Below are positions 12,829 to 25,100 of a stretch of DNA of 64,000 nucleotides, piece by piece (within the stretch, counting starts at the first letter, position 1; every line of letters begins with the position of its first letter). The stretch is from positions 2,356,001-2,420,000 of the forward strand of contig NW_027191413.1 in NCBI RefSeq assembly GCF_041146345.1. The letters run 5' to 3'. The notes under the pieces were generated by a model that saw only the letters and a list, made by a program, of their open reading frames with translations, was not told where the DNA came from and did not search any database. Origin of the DNA: Neodothiora populina (Eukaryota). The position numbers were made by a program, and so were the translations under genes.

Positions 12829-15801
12829 ATGTTTAAGCCATTTAAGGTGCCCACTGTGACCAGACGTCCCGAAACAGTCGAACGCAGACCCTCACAAGCA
12901 CAACCCACTGAGCCTCCTCCCAAGAGGAGGAAGACAGCGAAAGAGAATGACGACGATCCAGCGCACTCCTCGCAGCACGAGTCACAGATATCCATCCCAT
13001 CGGCGAGACCTCTGAGACGGCCTCTTGCCACTGTCAGCCCTTCGTCTGTTCTGGCAGTTCCAGACTCACCACCGCCATCCACCGACTCGACCACCAATGT
13101 GACTCGACGATATACTGCTCTATGGCGTAAGAAAACCAACAAAAAGCACAAGAATTGGGATGGCGATGGATTCGTTGTCGTGTCTGGAGGATACGCCATA
13201 CTTCAGGATGTGGGAGGGAGAGACATGGGCAGGACGGCGTCCACTGGCCCGCTCTTGCCAGGCTCTACTCTGAGTATAGGCGGCAAAGACGTCGAGATTG
13301 ATTCTGTCGTGGCAAAAGAAGACGGCGAGACGAACACAGTCAAGCCCGTGTTTGTCAAGCCTTCGTATATCCCGCCTCGTCCAGTCCAGGCCACGACCAT
13401 GTTTAAGAAGCCAATCGTGAAGCTGGAGAAGACTGATGTTGTAGTACCTCGAAACATACATGCTCGAGCTCAAGAGCTACCGAAAAGAACGAATACCGAG
13501 TTCCGGAACCCTTTGCTACAAAAGACGCAATTATCGCGAACAACTTCAGATGTGAGAGTTCCTGTCCCTCGGCACGATCCCGATGCGGAAGGTGCGCTGG
13601 TCATGAAGCGACCCTTGAATGCACCAAACGGAAAGCACATTGTCGATGTAGTCATAGACCCAGTAATCAACAAGCACTTGAGAGACCACCAAAAGTCTGG
13701 CGTGGCCTTTATGTACGAATGTGTCATGGGGCTGAGGGATTTCGAAGGTGAGGGGGCCATTCTAGCAGACGAGATGGGTCTCGGCAAGACATTGCAGACC
13801 ATCGCTCTGATCTGGACTTTGCTGAAGCAGAACCCGATATATGAGGATGGTCCAGTGATAAAGAAGGCACTGATTGTCTGTCCGGCTACTTTGATCAATA
13901 ATTGGCGCAAAGAGTTTCGCAAGTGGCTAGGAAATGAGAGGATAGGTGTCCTCGTCGCGGAGAATAACAAGACGAGGTTGACCGACTTCACCAAAGGCAA
14001 AAGCTACAGCGTCATGATCATTGGCTATGAGAAGCTGCGAAACGTGCAGGCTGAACTTCAGAAAGGAGCGGGAATCGACATTGTCATTTGTGACGAAGGC
14101 CACCGGCTCAAGACTGCTCAGAACAAGTCTGCAATGGCGATCAAGTCTCTCAGCACAGAGAGAAGGATCATCTTGTCGGGCACGCCTATCCAAAATGATC
14201 TGAGCGAGTTCTACACCATGGTAGACTTCGTCAACCCAGGCTTACTGAACAAATACACCACTTTCAAAAGGGATTTTGAAACCCCAATTCTCAAAAGCAG
14301 ACAGCCCGGTGCCTCTGCAAAAGACATAGAGAAAGGCCGCGATCGGAGTCAGGAGCTGGCATCTCTGACGGGCCAGTTCATCCTGCGTCGAACAGCTGAC
14401 ATCTTGGCCAAATATCTACCTCCAAAGACCGAGTTTGTCCTGTATTGTCGTCCGACGGAGGTACAGGTAGCATGCTACGAAGCCATCATTGGCACTGACA
14501 TTTTTGACAATGCTTTGAGAAATAGCGATTCTTCATTCCAGCTCATCAATGTCTTCAAGAAGGTTTGCAATGGACCCAAATTACTGCTCAAGGAAACGAG
14601 TGAGGACAGACAAGGGCCGAACGCTACTCTTGTTGCTGCGATAACCCAACGCGTCCCTGTGAAACACCTCCGGTCTTCGTCAGGCAGCTCCAAGATGCAT
14701 GTCTTGGACTCGTTGCTACATGTTCTGCGAACAACGACGGAAGAGAAAGTCGTAATTGTATCAAATTATACGGCAACTCTTGATGCCCTTACCAAGCTTC
14801 TGGTAGCCATGGATTATCCCTACTCGCGTCTGGATGGATCCACACCAGTCGCCCAGCGTCAAGATCTGGTCGACCGCTTCAACCGCTCACCGGCTGCAGC
14901 GAGCTTCGTCTTCTTGCTGTCAGCCAAAGCCGGCGGCGTGGGTATCAATCTGATCGGAGCCAGCAGACTCATCCTATACGACATTGACTGGAATCCAGCC
15001 GTCGATCTACAAGCCATGGCACGCATCCACCGCGACGGCCAAAAACGACCGTGCTATATCTATCGCTTCATCACCAAGGGCGCGCTAGAAGAGAAGATCT
15101 ATCAGCGGCAGCTGAGCAAGCAGGATCTGTCTGACAACATAGTCGACAACAAGAACACGGCCAGCACATTCACGGCGCAAGAACTCCGTGACTTGTTCAC
15201 GCTCGATCGACGTGTTGGCTGCCAGACACATGACTCTCTGGCCTGTCCATGTGGCGGCAAGAAGACCGACTCGCAGCAGTTGTCTGTGAACCCCTCTGCG
15301 GCTCCGTCTCCTCCCTCGCTGGATACCGACGCCGCCATAGAGGCTGACAACGATGACATCGTCGTCGATGAAAACAGCGATGACGTAGAGAGCCTGCCGG
15401 ATCTGCCTGACCTTCCAACTTTCATGCGCTCGAGTCAAGTCGACATGATGGTGGAAGAAGTCAAGCGCGAGGAGAGACGCAGACTGGAGATCGCGAGGGT
15501 GGACGCCAAGACCAGGACCAAGGATAAAGACAACAAAGGAAGCGGTAAACTGCAAAGCCTGATGAGGTACGCCCATGTGGATTGTGTATTACTGCGAGCC
15601 AGCAGCGTGGGCCAAAGCGGTGGCGATGGCATGAAGATCAAGTCGATGGGGAGCCTGGAGGACGAGGAGGTAGATGACGAAGGCGGTGCCAGAGAGGAGG
15701 ATTTTACTTTCGAGTCCGCCATTGAAGATCAGGCTCTCCGGACAGTAGTCGCCGAGGAGGGAAGTCGAGTCGACTTTATCTTTGCCAAAACGAGCTCATG
15801 A
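12829..15801 (+). CDS. RDH54: SNF2-family DNA translocase Rdh54/Rad54B
   Basis: Single 990-aa ORF: N-terminal WRKKTNKKHKNWDGDG domain typical of Rdh54/Rad54B, ILADEMGLGKT, CDEGH, SGTPIQN, QAMARIHRDGQ helicase motifs. Confidence 0.92.
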   Translation: MFKPFKVPTVTRRPETVERRPSQAQPTEPPPKRRKTAKENDDDPAHSSQHESQISIPSARPLRRPLATVSPSSVLAVPDSPPPSTDSTTNVTRRYTALWRKKTNKKHKNWDGDGFVVVSGGYAILQDVGGRDMGRTASTGPLLPGSTLSIGGKDVEIDSVVAKEDGETNTVKPVFVKPSYIPPRPVQATTMFKKPIVKLEKTDVVVPRNIHARAQELPKRTNTEFRNPLLQKTQLSRTTSDVRVPVPRHDPDAEGALVMKRPLNAPNGKHIVDVVIDPVINKHLRDHQKSGVAFMYECVMGLRDFEGEGAILADEMGLGKTLQTIALIWTLLKQNPIYEDGPVIKKALIVCPATLINNWRKEFRKWLGNERIGVLVAENNKTRLTDFTKGKSYSVMIIGYEKLRNVQAELQKGAGIDIVICDEGHRLKTAQNKSAMAIKSLSTERRIILSGTPIQNDLSEFYTMVDFVNPGLLNKYTTFKRDFETPILKSRQPGASAKDIEKGRDRSQELASLTGQFILRRTADILAKYLPPKTEFVLYCRPTEVQVACYEAIIGTDIFDNALRNSDSSFQLINVFKKVCNGPKLLLKETSEDRQGPNATLVAAITQRVPVKHLRSSSGSSKMHVLDSLLHVLRTTTEEKVVIVSNYTATLDALTKLLVAMDYPYSRLDGSTPVAQRQDLVDRFNRSPAAASFVFLLSAKAGGVGINLIGASRLILYDIDWNPAVDLQAMARIHRDGQKRPCYIYRFITKGALEEKIYQRQLSKQDLSDNIVDNKNTASTFTAQELRDLFTLDRRVGCQTHDSLACPCGGKKTDSQQLSVNPSAAPSPPSLDTDAAIEADNDDIVVDENSDDVESLPDLPDLPTFMRSSQVDMMVEEVKREERRRLEIARVDAKTRTKDKDNKGSGKLQSLMRYAHVDCVLLRASSVGQSGGDGMKIKSMGSLEDEEVDDEGGAREEDFTFESAIEDQALRTVVAEEGSRVDFIFAKTSS

Positions 15802-16137
15802 GAGAAGGAGGGAAAGCAAGACTGCCGAAAGGGGGTCGGGGCGTCTGACAAGAGAAACAGAAGACTGGACAGGACTTTCTCGTGTTTTAAATCGTATGGA
15901 TTCTTTCTTCTTCCGTTTTCATGAAATATACAGATAGATATGATACCCCGTCAGATTTACAATCAACCAATTCCCAGGGAGACACAAGTGCCATTTTTGA
16001 ATATCGGAACATGGTGTTTGTTTGTAGGACGAAGATGGCTCTGAAGCACGAAACCAATCTGGAAGGCAAAGAGTCCGGAACAGGACAAATAAAACCTCCG
16101 CCTCATAAAAATACATACTTCATAGTCATCATGATGA

Positions 16138-17250
16138 TCATCGTGGCCTGTACAACCACTGATCCCGCCTGAACCTAGTCTCAAACTCAACCCCACCAAA
16201 CATGCCAACAGCGCCAATCAAGTCCCTATCGCCCTCGAGCCCAGCCACACTCCCACCATCATCCTGATCCCTTTCCTCATGCAGGTCCCAGCCGCCGACA
16301 CGCTCGCCCTCGCGCGTGAAGAAAACCTCCACACTCGGCCTCGGGCCCCTCGAGGGCGCAAACGTCATGCCTATTCCCACGACCTCGCCGTCCTTGAACG
16401 AAGTGGTAAAGTCCTGGCCGCCGAGGTTATTGTGCACGTATTTGCGGCCGTCGTCGCCGTGCACGCCGAGACTCGCGCGCTCCCATCCGGGCAGACGCCA
16501 GTGCGGGTAGGGAGGGGCCAGGAAGCCGATTGCGATTCCGGCGCTTGCTTCGGAGTACGAGGATGAGGATGAGGTCATGCTGGCTACTTTGATCTCGAAG
16601 TAGATTGGTTTGGGCTTGCCGGTGAGGTTCACGTTGTCTTCGAGGGCGGAGAAGAGGGGGAGGTCGGTCAGCAGGATCGTGTCTTCGCAGTTGGGCCTGG
16701 TTTGTACGCTCCAGGTTCCGGGCGCTGTGCGTCTGCATTTGCCTATGAAGCTTTGAGGTGGTTGGGTCAGGTTGATGTCGTACTTTGCCAGTCTGTCTTT
16801 GTCGGACAAGAGTAGGTGGCGGGGGTTGATCAGGGGGTTGCTCCTGCACCATCGTTTTGCGTCGCTATCTGATTTCTCGGTCGCATTTGCTGTTGGGGAT
16901 TGCTCATATGCCAAAGAAGGGGGTGGAGGGAGTTGGGATGTATCCGGGATAGCCATCCATGGCGCGTACTGTGGAGGCTGTTGCTCAGAAGAAGCATGCA
17001 GGGCTGATGGAGGAGGGCCGGGAGGAGGTGCGTAGACTTCATCTTGTTGCGGTGCATGCCTCATCCCAGGAGGTGGGCCCGGCGGAGGCTGGAATTTCTC
17101 CTCGCCTTGTGATGCATATGCTCGACCTGGAGGCGGACCTGGAGGCGCGCTGAACTTCTCCTCTCCAGGAAATGGTTGCTGCGTGGGATCCACCGAGCTC
17201 GAGGCATTGTTGGATCGACGGAAAGGGTTGAAATTGGACTTGCCAGACAT
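16138..17250 (-). CDS. SPRY-domain protein (Ssh4/Ear1-like) with a Pro-rich N-terminus
   Basis: 370-aa ORF with IYFEIK, PYPHWRLPGWERASLGVHGDDGRKY, GEVVGIG, VFFTREG SPRY motifs. Confidence 0.85.
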   Translation of the reverse strand: MSGKSNFNPFRRSNNASSSVDPTQQPFPGEEKFSAPPGPPPGRAYASQGEEKFQPPPGPPPGMRHAPQQDEVYAPPPGPPPSALHASSEQQPPQYAPWMAIPDTSQLPPPPSLAYEQSPTANATEKSDSDAKRWCRSNPLINPRHLLLSDKDRLAKYDINLTQPPQSFIGKCRRTAPGTWSVQTRPNCEDTILLTDLPLFSALEDNVNLTGKPKPIYFEIKVASMTSSSSSYSEASAGIAIGFLAPPYPHWRLPGWERASLGVHGDDGRKYVHNNLGGQDFTTSFKDGEVVGIGMTFAPSRGPRPSVEVFFTREGERVGGWDLHEERDQDDGGSVAGLEGDRDLIGAVGMFGGVEFETRFRRDQWLYRPR

Positions 17251-17803
17251 GCTGAAAGATCAAGCTTCGAGCTTTCACTTTCTCGAGCGAGCACACTATG
17301 TGTAAAGAAGAAGATTGAACGATGGGTTTTATGATAGACGTTGATGTAGGTATCAGTACAGTGCTGATGCCTGGGGCAAGTACGGAATGATGCGATTGAG
17401 AATAGATTGAAAGCCTTGTAGTACCTACCTACTTAGTGAGCAGAAGTTCAGGTCTAGGGATGTGGCAAAGACTTTATACTCGTACGCCAACATGCAAAAT
17501 CAAGGATCAAGGCAGGTAGCCATACCGTTGCACTGTCAGATGGATCCTACTGCTGCGCCTTTCCCACACATGAGTCAGGGTGGCTCGTGTGGTGGTCGGG
17601 GTATGACGCAGAGCTCGGCGAATGGATCAGCGAATGACTCGTAGTGAATTATGACGCTTTGACAATTTGCTGTTGTCAGTGTTTACCCGAAAGATAATTG
17701 GAGTATTTAGTGGTATATCTATGTCTACTCTCCGCCATACCGCAAGACATCTGCCCAGGAGCTCATCACATGGCGTGTATGAATCAAGGATGCTGACGGT
17801 GAT

Positions 17804-19012
17804 ATGGATGCACCCTCAGCGCAGCTTCACCAGGAACTGCGGAATGCCGTGACAGACGCCCTCTCGACTCGGCGACCGCTGCTTCACCATCTCAGCGCCG
17901 ACACTGCCTGGCTGCTGCAGCTGCCTCGACCACAACAGGCGACCCGTAGAGGCGGGAGACTCTACTTTAACATCCTCATAGACCCATGGCTCTCGGGAAC
18001 CCAGACGGACGTCACCAGTTGGCTAAGCACGCAATGGCATGCCACGCGGCCTCGAGTACCCAACATCGCAGCAGTCGAGCAGCTGTTGCGCGAAGTAGAG
18101 ATACTGGGAGCTAGCACACGTCTGAGTAGAGCTAGAAAGAGCAATGTGCAAGAAATGGAAGAGAGTGGCGATCTTGAAACATACATAGATGCTGTTGCCA
18201 TATCGCATGAGTTTACAGATCACTGCCACCAAAAGACCTTGCTTGAGGTGCATCCTGATGTTCCTGTGTTCGCAGCCGAAGTACGTGTTTATTTCCTGCG
18301 CACGAGGTCGAGCCTCACTGATCAATCAAACAAGAAAGCAGTGTCATTAATCGACTCTTGGGATCACTTCCGGCTGGTCCAAAGGATACCAAACTTTCGC
18401 GATGACCCAGACTGGCATGCAACGTCCATGTATCCCTTACCAGAGTGGCTCGGTATCTCTCGTCTGATCACCAATGGCGATATGGGCTTGTTCTTCCATT
18501 CTGCCATACTCATCGCCTTCAACAGCAACATGGGCATGGTACCTTCGAGATCAGGCAAAGCACGACAAGTGCCCGAGGATGAGTCTGCGGAAGCAGTTAT
18601 ATATACTCCTCATGGCATACACAGCGATAGTGATGACCTCAATTTTGTTGCCACTGCCGACCCACCTATAAAGACCTTGGCTTTGCTGCATGGCTTGGAG
18701 TACATAACTCTGGGGGCTGTTCCTCTAAATCTGGGGGCCCACAATGGCCTTCGGGCTCAGCGCATATTGAAGGCACACTACTGGATCGGAACTCACGATG
18801 AACACAAGTCTGGCACAGGTATAGTCGGATGGCTGCTTCGCCGAAGGAAGATCAGTCTGAAAGACGCAGTGCGAGAGGAGCTGAATAGGAGGGATGGCAA
18901 GCGACAGCTTAGCATTGGCAGACCTGCGAGCCCCACGACAGACGTGCTGGGATCCTTCTCTGGGGTGAATTGGACAGACCTCGGTAACGGAGAGTCATTG
19001 GTGCTCGAGTGA
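17804..19012 (+). CDS. Fungal metallo-beta-lactamase-fold protein of unknown function
   Basis: Motifs HLSADTAWLL, ILIDPWL, ISHEFTDHCH, YTPHG, LLHG, WIGTHDE; probable in-frame 54-nt intron 18281-18334 (GTACGT..CTGAT..AAG). Confidence 0.8.
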   Translation: MDAPSAQLHQELRNAVTDALSTRRPLLHHLSADTAWLLQLPRPQQATRRGGRLYFNILIDPWLSGTQTDVTSWLSTQWHATRPRVPNIAAVEQLLREVEILGASTRLSRARKSNVQEMEESGDLETYIDAVAISHEFTDHCHQKTLLEVHPDVPVFAAEVRVYFLRTRSSLTDQSNKKAVSLIDSWDHFRLVQRIPNFRDDPDWHATSMYPLPEWLGISRLITNGDMGLFFHSAILIAFNSNMGMVPSRSGKARQVPEDESAEAVIYTPHGIHSDSDDLNFVATADPPIKTLALLHGLEYITLGAVPLNLGAHNGLRAQRILKAHYWIGTHDEHKSGTGIVGWLLRRRKISLKDAVREELNRRDGKRQLSIGRPASPTTDVLGSFSGVNWTDLGNGESLVLE

Positions 19013-19537
19013 CGATAATATATCAGACTTTCATATAACATTAGCTTCGCACAAGTTAGATGACTATGTCAACCTCAATATGATATACTTGTAGAACCAC
19101 CTCGTGATTTCCGATGTGCCAAGGGAGTATGCGAGCAAGGTAGGATACGAAGCATGATTGTCTATATCTACGTTGAACTTGGGTTTCGAATAGAGAATAA
19201 TACAAAGGCCTATACACAAGGGTAATCCAGCACGTGGAGATGCTATAACGTGACGTCAGTCTGCATGTCGCGGTCCAAGCGCGATCTCCTGCTCGTTCGG
19301 CTGGGCTTTCCCGTAGTGTCCGCGATGCCAGGTAGAGTGATTGATACATGGAAGTTGCCTGATGAAGTACCAGCTGGCATCAACAAGTCCACGTTATACC
19401 GAGGAAACACTGCAAAAGGTTGACGCATCATCGCGTGCTCATCTTCGTCGAGTCTGGCGATTTGAAAGAGGAGTGCATCATGCGGTTCGTTCGCCGCGTC
19501 CAAATACCCGGTCTATAAAAAGCAGATATAACGAACA

Positions 19538-22184
19538 ATGATACAACCATGTCGGCGGACTACCCCGCTGCTTCTGCTCTTCCTGTTCTTTGCTCTATTG
19601 CAAGTCAGTCCTGCGCGAGGAGACGGCGCGGACCAGCAGGTGTTATCTCAGGGTGAAAGAGCATCGGATGCAGCCCAAGGTTCGCATTGGGAGGATGGAT
19701 ATGCAGAATATCGAGCAGGCGAGGAAGGAGCAGGCAAGAGTCAGGCAGCCGTTCAGGAAGCCACTGCCATCTTGCGCAAAATCAAACCTCCAACGAGTCG
19801 ACTATCGCGTTTGAGTAAACCCACAGGGATCATAGGCTCGAGCATACACTATGCAAAAGAGTTGTTTGTTCTGCTATTCATGAACGGGCCTCCGCAACCT
19901 GACCTGCTCACCACCAGCTCGCAGCCCCAGAAGCTGAGCCCTGCACTGTCAAATGCTGTCCACCTGTTAACAGATGCCGCTGATTCTTACCATGACCCGG
20001 ATGCCATATGGCTCTTGGCGGAGATGAATTTCTATGGCAACTATACCCATCCGCGCGATTACAAGCACGCTTTCAAACGCTATTCGCAATTGGCCTCCCT
20101 CGCTGGCAATAGCTCCGCACAGTACATGCTCGGTTTCATGTACGCTACAGGTATAGGAAACGCTGTCGAGCAGAACCAGGCCAAGGCTTTGTTATACCAC
20201 TCGTTCGCAGCCGAGGGAGGGGACATCAGATCACAAATGACTCTTGCATATCGCCACCACACAGGGATAGGCACGCCCAGGAACTGCGACGAAGCCGTGC
20301 ACTGGTACAGACAAGTCGCCGATAAGGCAGTCGCTTTTTACAAATCTGGCCCGCCTGGAGGACATTCTTTACTCAAAAATTCATATCGTTTAGCGGACGA
20401 GGAGGGCGGAGTCTATGGCGAAGGTGCAAGTGTCAGCAGCTCCGGTCCACACGCGAAGCAGGGCGGTCCCACTTCCGATGCATATGCCGACTTGGAGGAT
20501 GTGCTCGAATACCTGGACTTCCAATCGCGGAAAGGAGACCACAGAGCGACGTTCAACCTGGCCCGACTGTACTATGAAGGATCCAGGGGACTGAAACGAG
20601 ACCTACCAGCTGCCAAGGAGCACTTCATGAAAGTTGCTCGCCTCTACTGGACCAAAGACGGTCGAATAATGAAGGACGTTCCCCAAGTTGTCGAGAAGCT
20701 AGCTCCCAAAGCTGCAGGGTACGTCGGTAGGATGTTCCTCCGCGGCGAGGGCATGGAACAGAGCTACTCAAAGGCCAAAATTTGGTTCCAGCGAGGCATT
20801 GCGAGCAGCGGAGAGCCGCTGTGTCAGTACTCGATGGGTTTGATGTATCTATACGGGCTCGGTGTGCCCAAGGATGTCACGAAAGCAGCAGAGTATTTTG
20901 CTCCGGCAGCAGACTCTCACCTGGCTGTCGCCCAGACCGAGCTCGGCATTCTGTTTATGGATCAGGGCGATTTGGCCACTGCGAAGAACTATTTTGAACT
21001 CTCTGCACGAAATAGCCATATCGAAGCATTTTACTATCTCGCTGAGATCAGCAACCAGGGTTTGCTGAAAGAGCGGTCATGTGGCGTTGCTGCCGTATAC
21101 TACAAGATCGCTGCAGAAAAGGCCGAGATCATCCACTCGCCGTTCGTCGAAGCCAATGATGCCTACGACGATGGCGACCTGGAGACTGCTCTCGTCGCGT
21201 ATATGATGGCTGCTGAGCAAGGATACGAGAATGCACAGGCGAATGTGGCCTATCTGCTAGACAATACTCGGCCCGCCTTCTCCCTGGCGTCTTTCTTACC
21301 AGTGTTGCAAGGGAAAGCTACCGCCTTCACCGACGCCGCGCTGGCTCTGATCTTCTGGACCCGTTCTGCCAAACAGCAGAACATCGACTCACTTGTCAAG
21401 ATGGGCGACTACTACCTCAACGGCATGGGCGCATCGCTGTCGGCGGAGAATGCAGCGGCATGCTATCAAGCAGCAGCCGACACATTGCAAAGTGCGCAAG
21501 CCATGTGGAATCTTGGCTGGATGCATGAAAATGGCGTCGGTATGGAGCAGGACTTCCACCTCGCCAAACGTTTCTATGACCAAGCACTCGAGACGAACGC
21601 GGAGGCGTATCTACCCGTTAAGCTGAGCCTCGCAAGACTGCACTTGCGCAGCTGGTGGAACGGGGTCTCTGGCGGTAAAGTGAACTCTATCAGAGAGGAA
21701 CCAAGTAAGTAAACACCAGCCTTTGCTCCAGATTCTGGAAGGAAATTGGCACCCACTAACCACAATTTGTGCAGCACTTAAACGCAAGCGCACCCTAACC
21801 CAATGGCTCAACGACTTTGTCGAAGCAGACTATAACATGCACCCAGACCAATATGGCGAGTCAGATGACTGGGGCAACGGCAACGACCACGACGAGGACT
21901 CCGGTCACATGCCAGGCGTGGCTGACGACTTCTTCGATGAGGAAATCGACGATGGTCTCATCGAGATGCTGGTCATCATAGGATTGGCAGGCGCACTCGC
22001 GTTCTTGCTATATTATCGTCAACAGAGAGCATTAGCAGAACGTAGAAGGCGCGAACAAGAAGGCGTCGCTCAGCAGCAACAGCAAGGGCAAGAGGATCAA
22101 GATGGCAGAGCGGGAGGAGGCTTCTTCCCTCCACCCGGTGATCCGAATTTCGCCAATTGGATCGCTGGGGGTATAGGTCATTGA
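19538..22184 (+). CDS. HRD3: ERAD component Hrd3/Sel1L (Sel1 repeats)
   Basis: Exons 19538-21704 and 21775-22184 (GTAAGT..CTAAC..CAG). Signal peptide, many Sel1-like repeats (AQYMLGFMYATGIG, AMWNLGWMHENGVG), C-terminal TM helix and WIAGGIGH end. Confidence 0.93.
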
Positions 22185-25100
22185 TCTTCATTTCAATTTC
22201 ACAAGCTTTCACATGACGCGAGACCAAGAGACCGCTCCCAAGGAAGCACGTGCCTTTTTTCCCTTCTCTCCTTCTCCTTCCTTTCTCTTTCTATACCGTA
22301 CACGATAAGGTACCGTACTGTAGTGTCATCTTGTCGGACCCATCATACTATACTAGCGAGGCGGGTGACTAAGGTAACCGTGTGAGCCACACCTTCTCAC
22401 CACCTCCCTTAGCCCTTCGCGATCTCAAGAGGTACACTCAATCAGACTTTGCCTTCATGGCTCTGCAGCAGAGAAAAAACGTGGGCATCGCAGCTGACCA
22501 GCCGGCGCTTTCCCATCATCGTGATTGCATACCTACCTACCTAAGTCGTTAGTGGCAAGGCGCGAGAGAGAGCTACGAGAAGACTTTAGCCTATATTGAC
22601 CGCCTCCGTTGATTAAGCCAGCAGCACGAAGAAGAAACAGAAGCAGAAGAGATGCAGGAGACCGGTAGAACTGCGATTAATTTCGTGATCGTCTGTACAA
22701 AGTGTCTGCATGTATGCATGTAGGTAGACCTTATCGTAGCTACCTAGGTACCTGATCTCCCATTGACCGGGAGGGTGTCTCAGGGTACGGAGGAGACGAC
22801 TTGCTTTACGGATCCTGTACATTATTTTTCTGTGCAGTGAGGTAGTAGTGGTACAGATACGAGTAACAGTCTGGTATCTACCGTGTGACGTGTGCCGTTC
22901 TTCACCACTGTACCAGCAGTCACAGTAGCAACATTTTTACCTTCGGCTTGTCGTACATTATTACCTGCAAATCAAGCATTTCGCTTATATAGACTTTTAT
23001 TTCTCTTACCCTCCGCGTGGAGGCTACATGCAGGGCAAAGGTTTAAATGGACTGAAACTTCTGCTGTCAGACTCGCGCTTGTGAATTGTAAATATACGGT
23101 TTGTAGACATCATCGCAGGTCAGCATTGTCACATGTGAGCATGATATACTGTACTCTTGTGCGCATATGTTATCTTCTGCGCGGAAATGCAATGGTATCT
23201 CAGGACACTGAAGATCACGGAAGTCGAGGGGCGCAGTGACGTTCCACGTCGCCTACATTTACCAGTGTGTAGCAGCTAATTACTGTACCATACCGTTATC
23301 TTTGTTTTCTTGTTGTTTGGTTCCACTGTGCAGTGATGAGATGTAATCTTAGGATGCTCCGCTGCTGCTCCTGCACCCCGCCCCACCCCCGCTGTCCATC
23401 GTGATTTTGCTTCATGAGATCAGGGACAAGTCTGTTATGCGTGTCAGGATAAAGAGATCCAACCGTCGGCTTTAGCCGGCAATTGGGTTTCTTGTCGTAT
23501 CACATGCATCTACTGTATGAAATGGATGATCTTGCGGGGGTGGAGCTCCGTCAAGAGGCCAAGGAGTGCGAGAACGAGGAAAGTGAAGGAAGCGGCAAGA
23601 AGAGGTCTGATAAGGCGATGGGATAGGGAGAGGGCGAAAATATCGTGTCTTCTCTCTCGTGCGGATTGTTCCTGATCGCGCAGACGCAGTGAGGGCGTCA
23701 AGTAAAAGAGATTGCGAGATAAGAGCACATTCAGGCTTGTGACGCTTTCTCTCCCTCAGGAACACGCAAGCAAAACGCAAAGTGAATCCTCATCGTCAAG
23801 TATCTCCCTCACTCCATTGTTGAATTTGCAGATCTCAACGGGGGCGCGGGAAGTCGTGGAGAAATGGATGAGGAGAGCGTGGTTGGTGAAGCGCCATATG
23901 GGGAAGATGATGAGCAAGTGGAGTGATGGAGAAGTAAAAGATAAAGACACGGGCTGATGGTTATGGGAATGCTCAATGTCGATGAACGCACATCTCTCTT
24001 TCTGCGTCTAGATAGGACCTGAGGCGTGTTACGGTCTGTTTTACCCCGGGTCTTTCTGCCCATAGTCCCCACCTACCCTTTCCGAGTGGACCTTCCACCG
24101 AAGACTCACTGAAAAAGACTTCGAAGCGGATCACCACATCCCGAGGCAAATTCTGTCATAGGCTCTCAGCACCTTTTGGCGTGCCCAGAGATGATGATCT
24201 TTCCCTCGGGGACAAGTAAGGCACAACGTTCATGACGCTTTCCTCGGTCGGCGACGGCTACTTGGAAACTTCCGTCCTTGTACCAAGAAAAGGATACATA
24301 CCTTAGGCACGTGAGACTCCTTAGACGGAACGCTTTGGTCGATTCATGGTAGCTTGAACGCTTTGCTGACGACGAGAGTGAGGCTCAGGTAAGTGAATGC
24401 GATGCCTGTAGGGGCCGTTTACTAAGCATGCGCTGAATTTGCTTGAAGGCATGATGCTTTGTTCCGAATTACCCTCACTCGTGGTCGCGCTTCCCTCGGT
24501 GATCTGTCAAGGTTCCTCGTCATCATTGTTTAATAATAATACTACTCAGGGCCGTCCAATCGTGGCTGATGTGATATTGGGGGGAAAAGGCAACTATGCA
24601 ACAACTAGAAGATGAGATAGGGATGGAAGATCATATGTGCCCATGTCGCGATTACAGTGGGCATTATACTGCAGAGTAAGATTGATGCCCGTTGCTCGCG
24701 TAGAAACGCGTCCTGCTGCTTCTGGCATTTTTTCATCGAATCGAAATTGGATCGTCACCCCTCACATTATCGACTTCATCTCCCCAAAGCACAATAATAG
24801 TATGAGTCGCAAAGACGATGTACGGGAACGAGTGGAAGACAGGCGGATGTGCACCAATCGTCGGAGAATCATATGGCAATATCGGCATGTTGACACGAAA
24901 AGGCGCGAGATTGTCTCGCTTCTCCACGACTTCTGTGTAAGGCGTTACCAAACTTACAGTGCACTTGATTTGCCGCGTGCTGACGATAAGCGGCGGAGGC
25001 GTGGCGGCGGCGGTGGCGGAGAGACAAGCTGAGCAGGTTCACGACGGATTCTAAATCTCCGGGTTTAATCGAAAGTCTTTACGCTTGCGCAGAGCGAGTG

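Noticed and set aside
23065..23115. Minus-strand ATGATG...CTGA possible C/D snoRNA
   Set aside because: Too short (about 50 nt), imperfect C box, no recognisable target.
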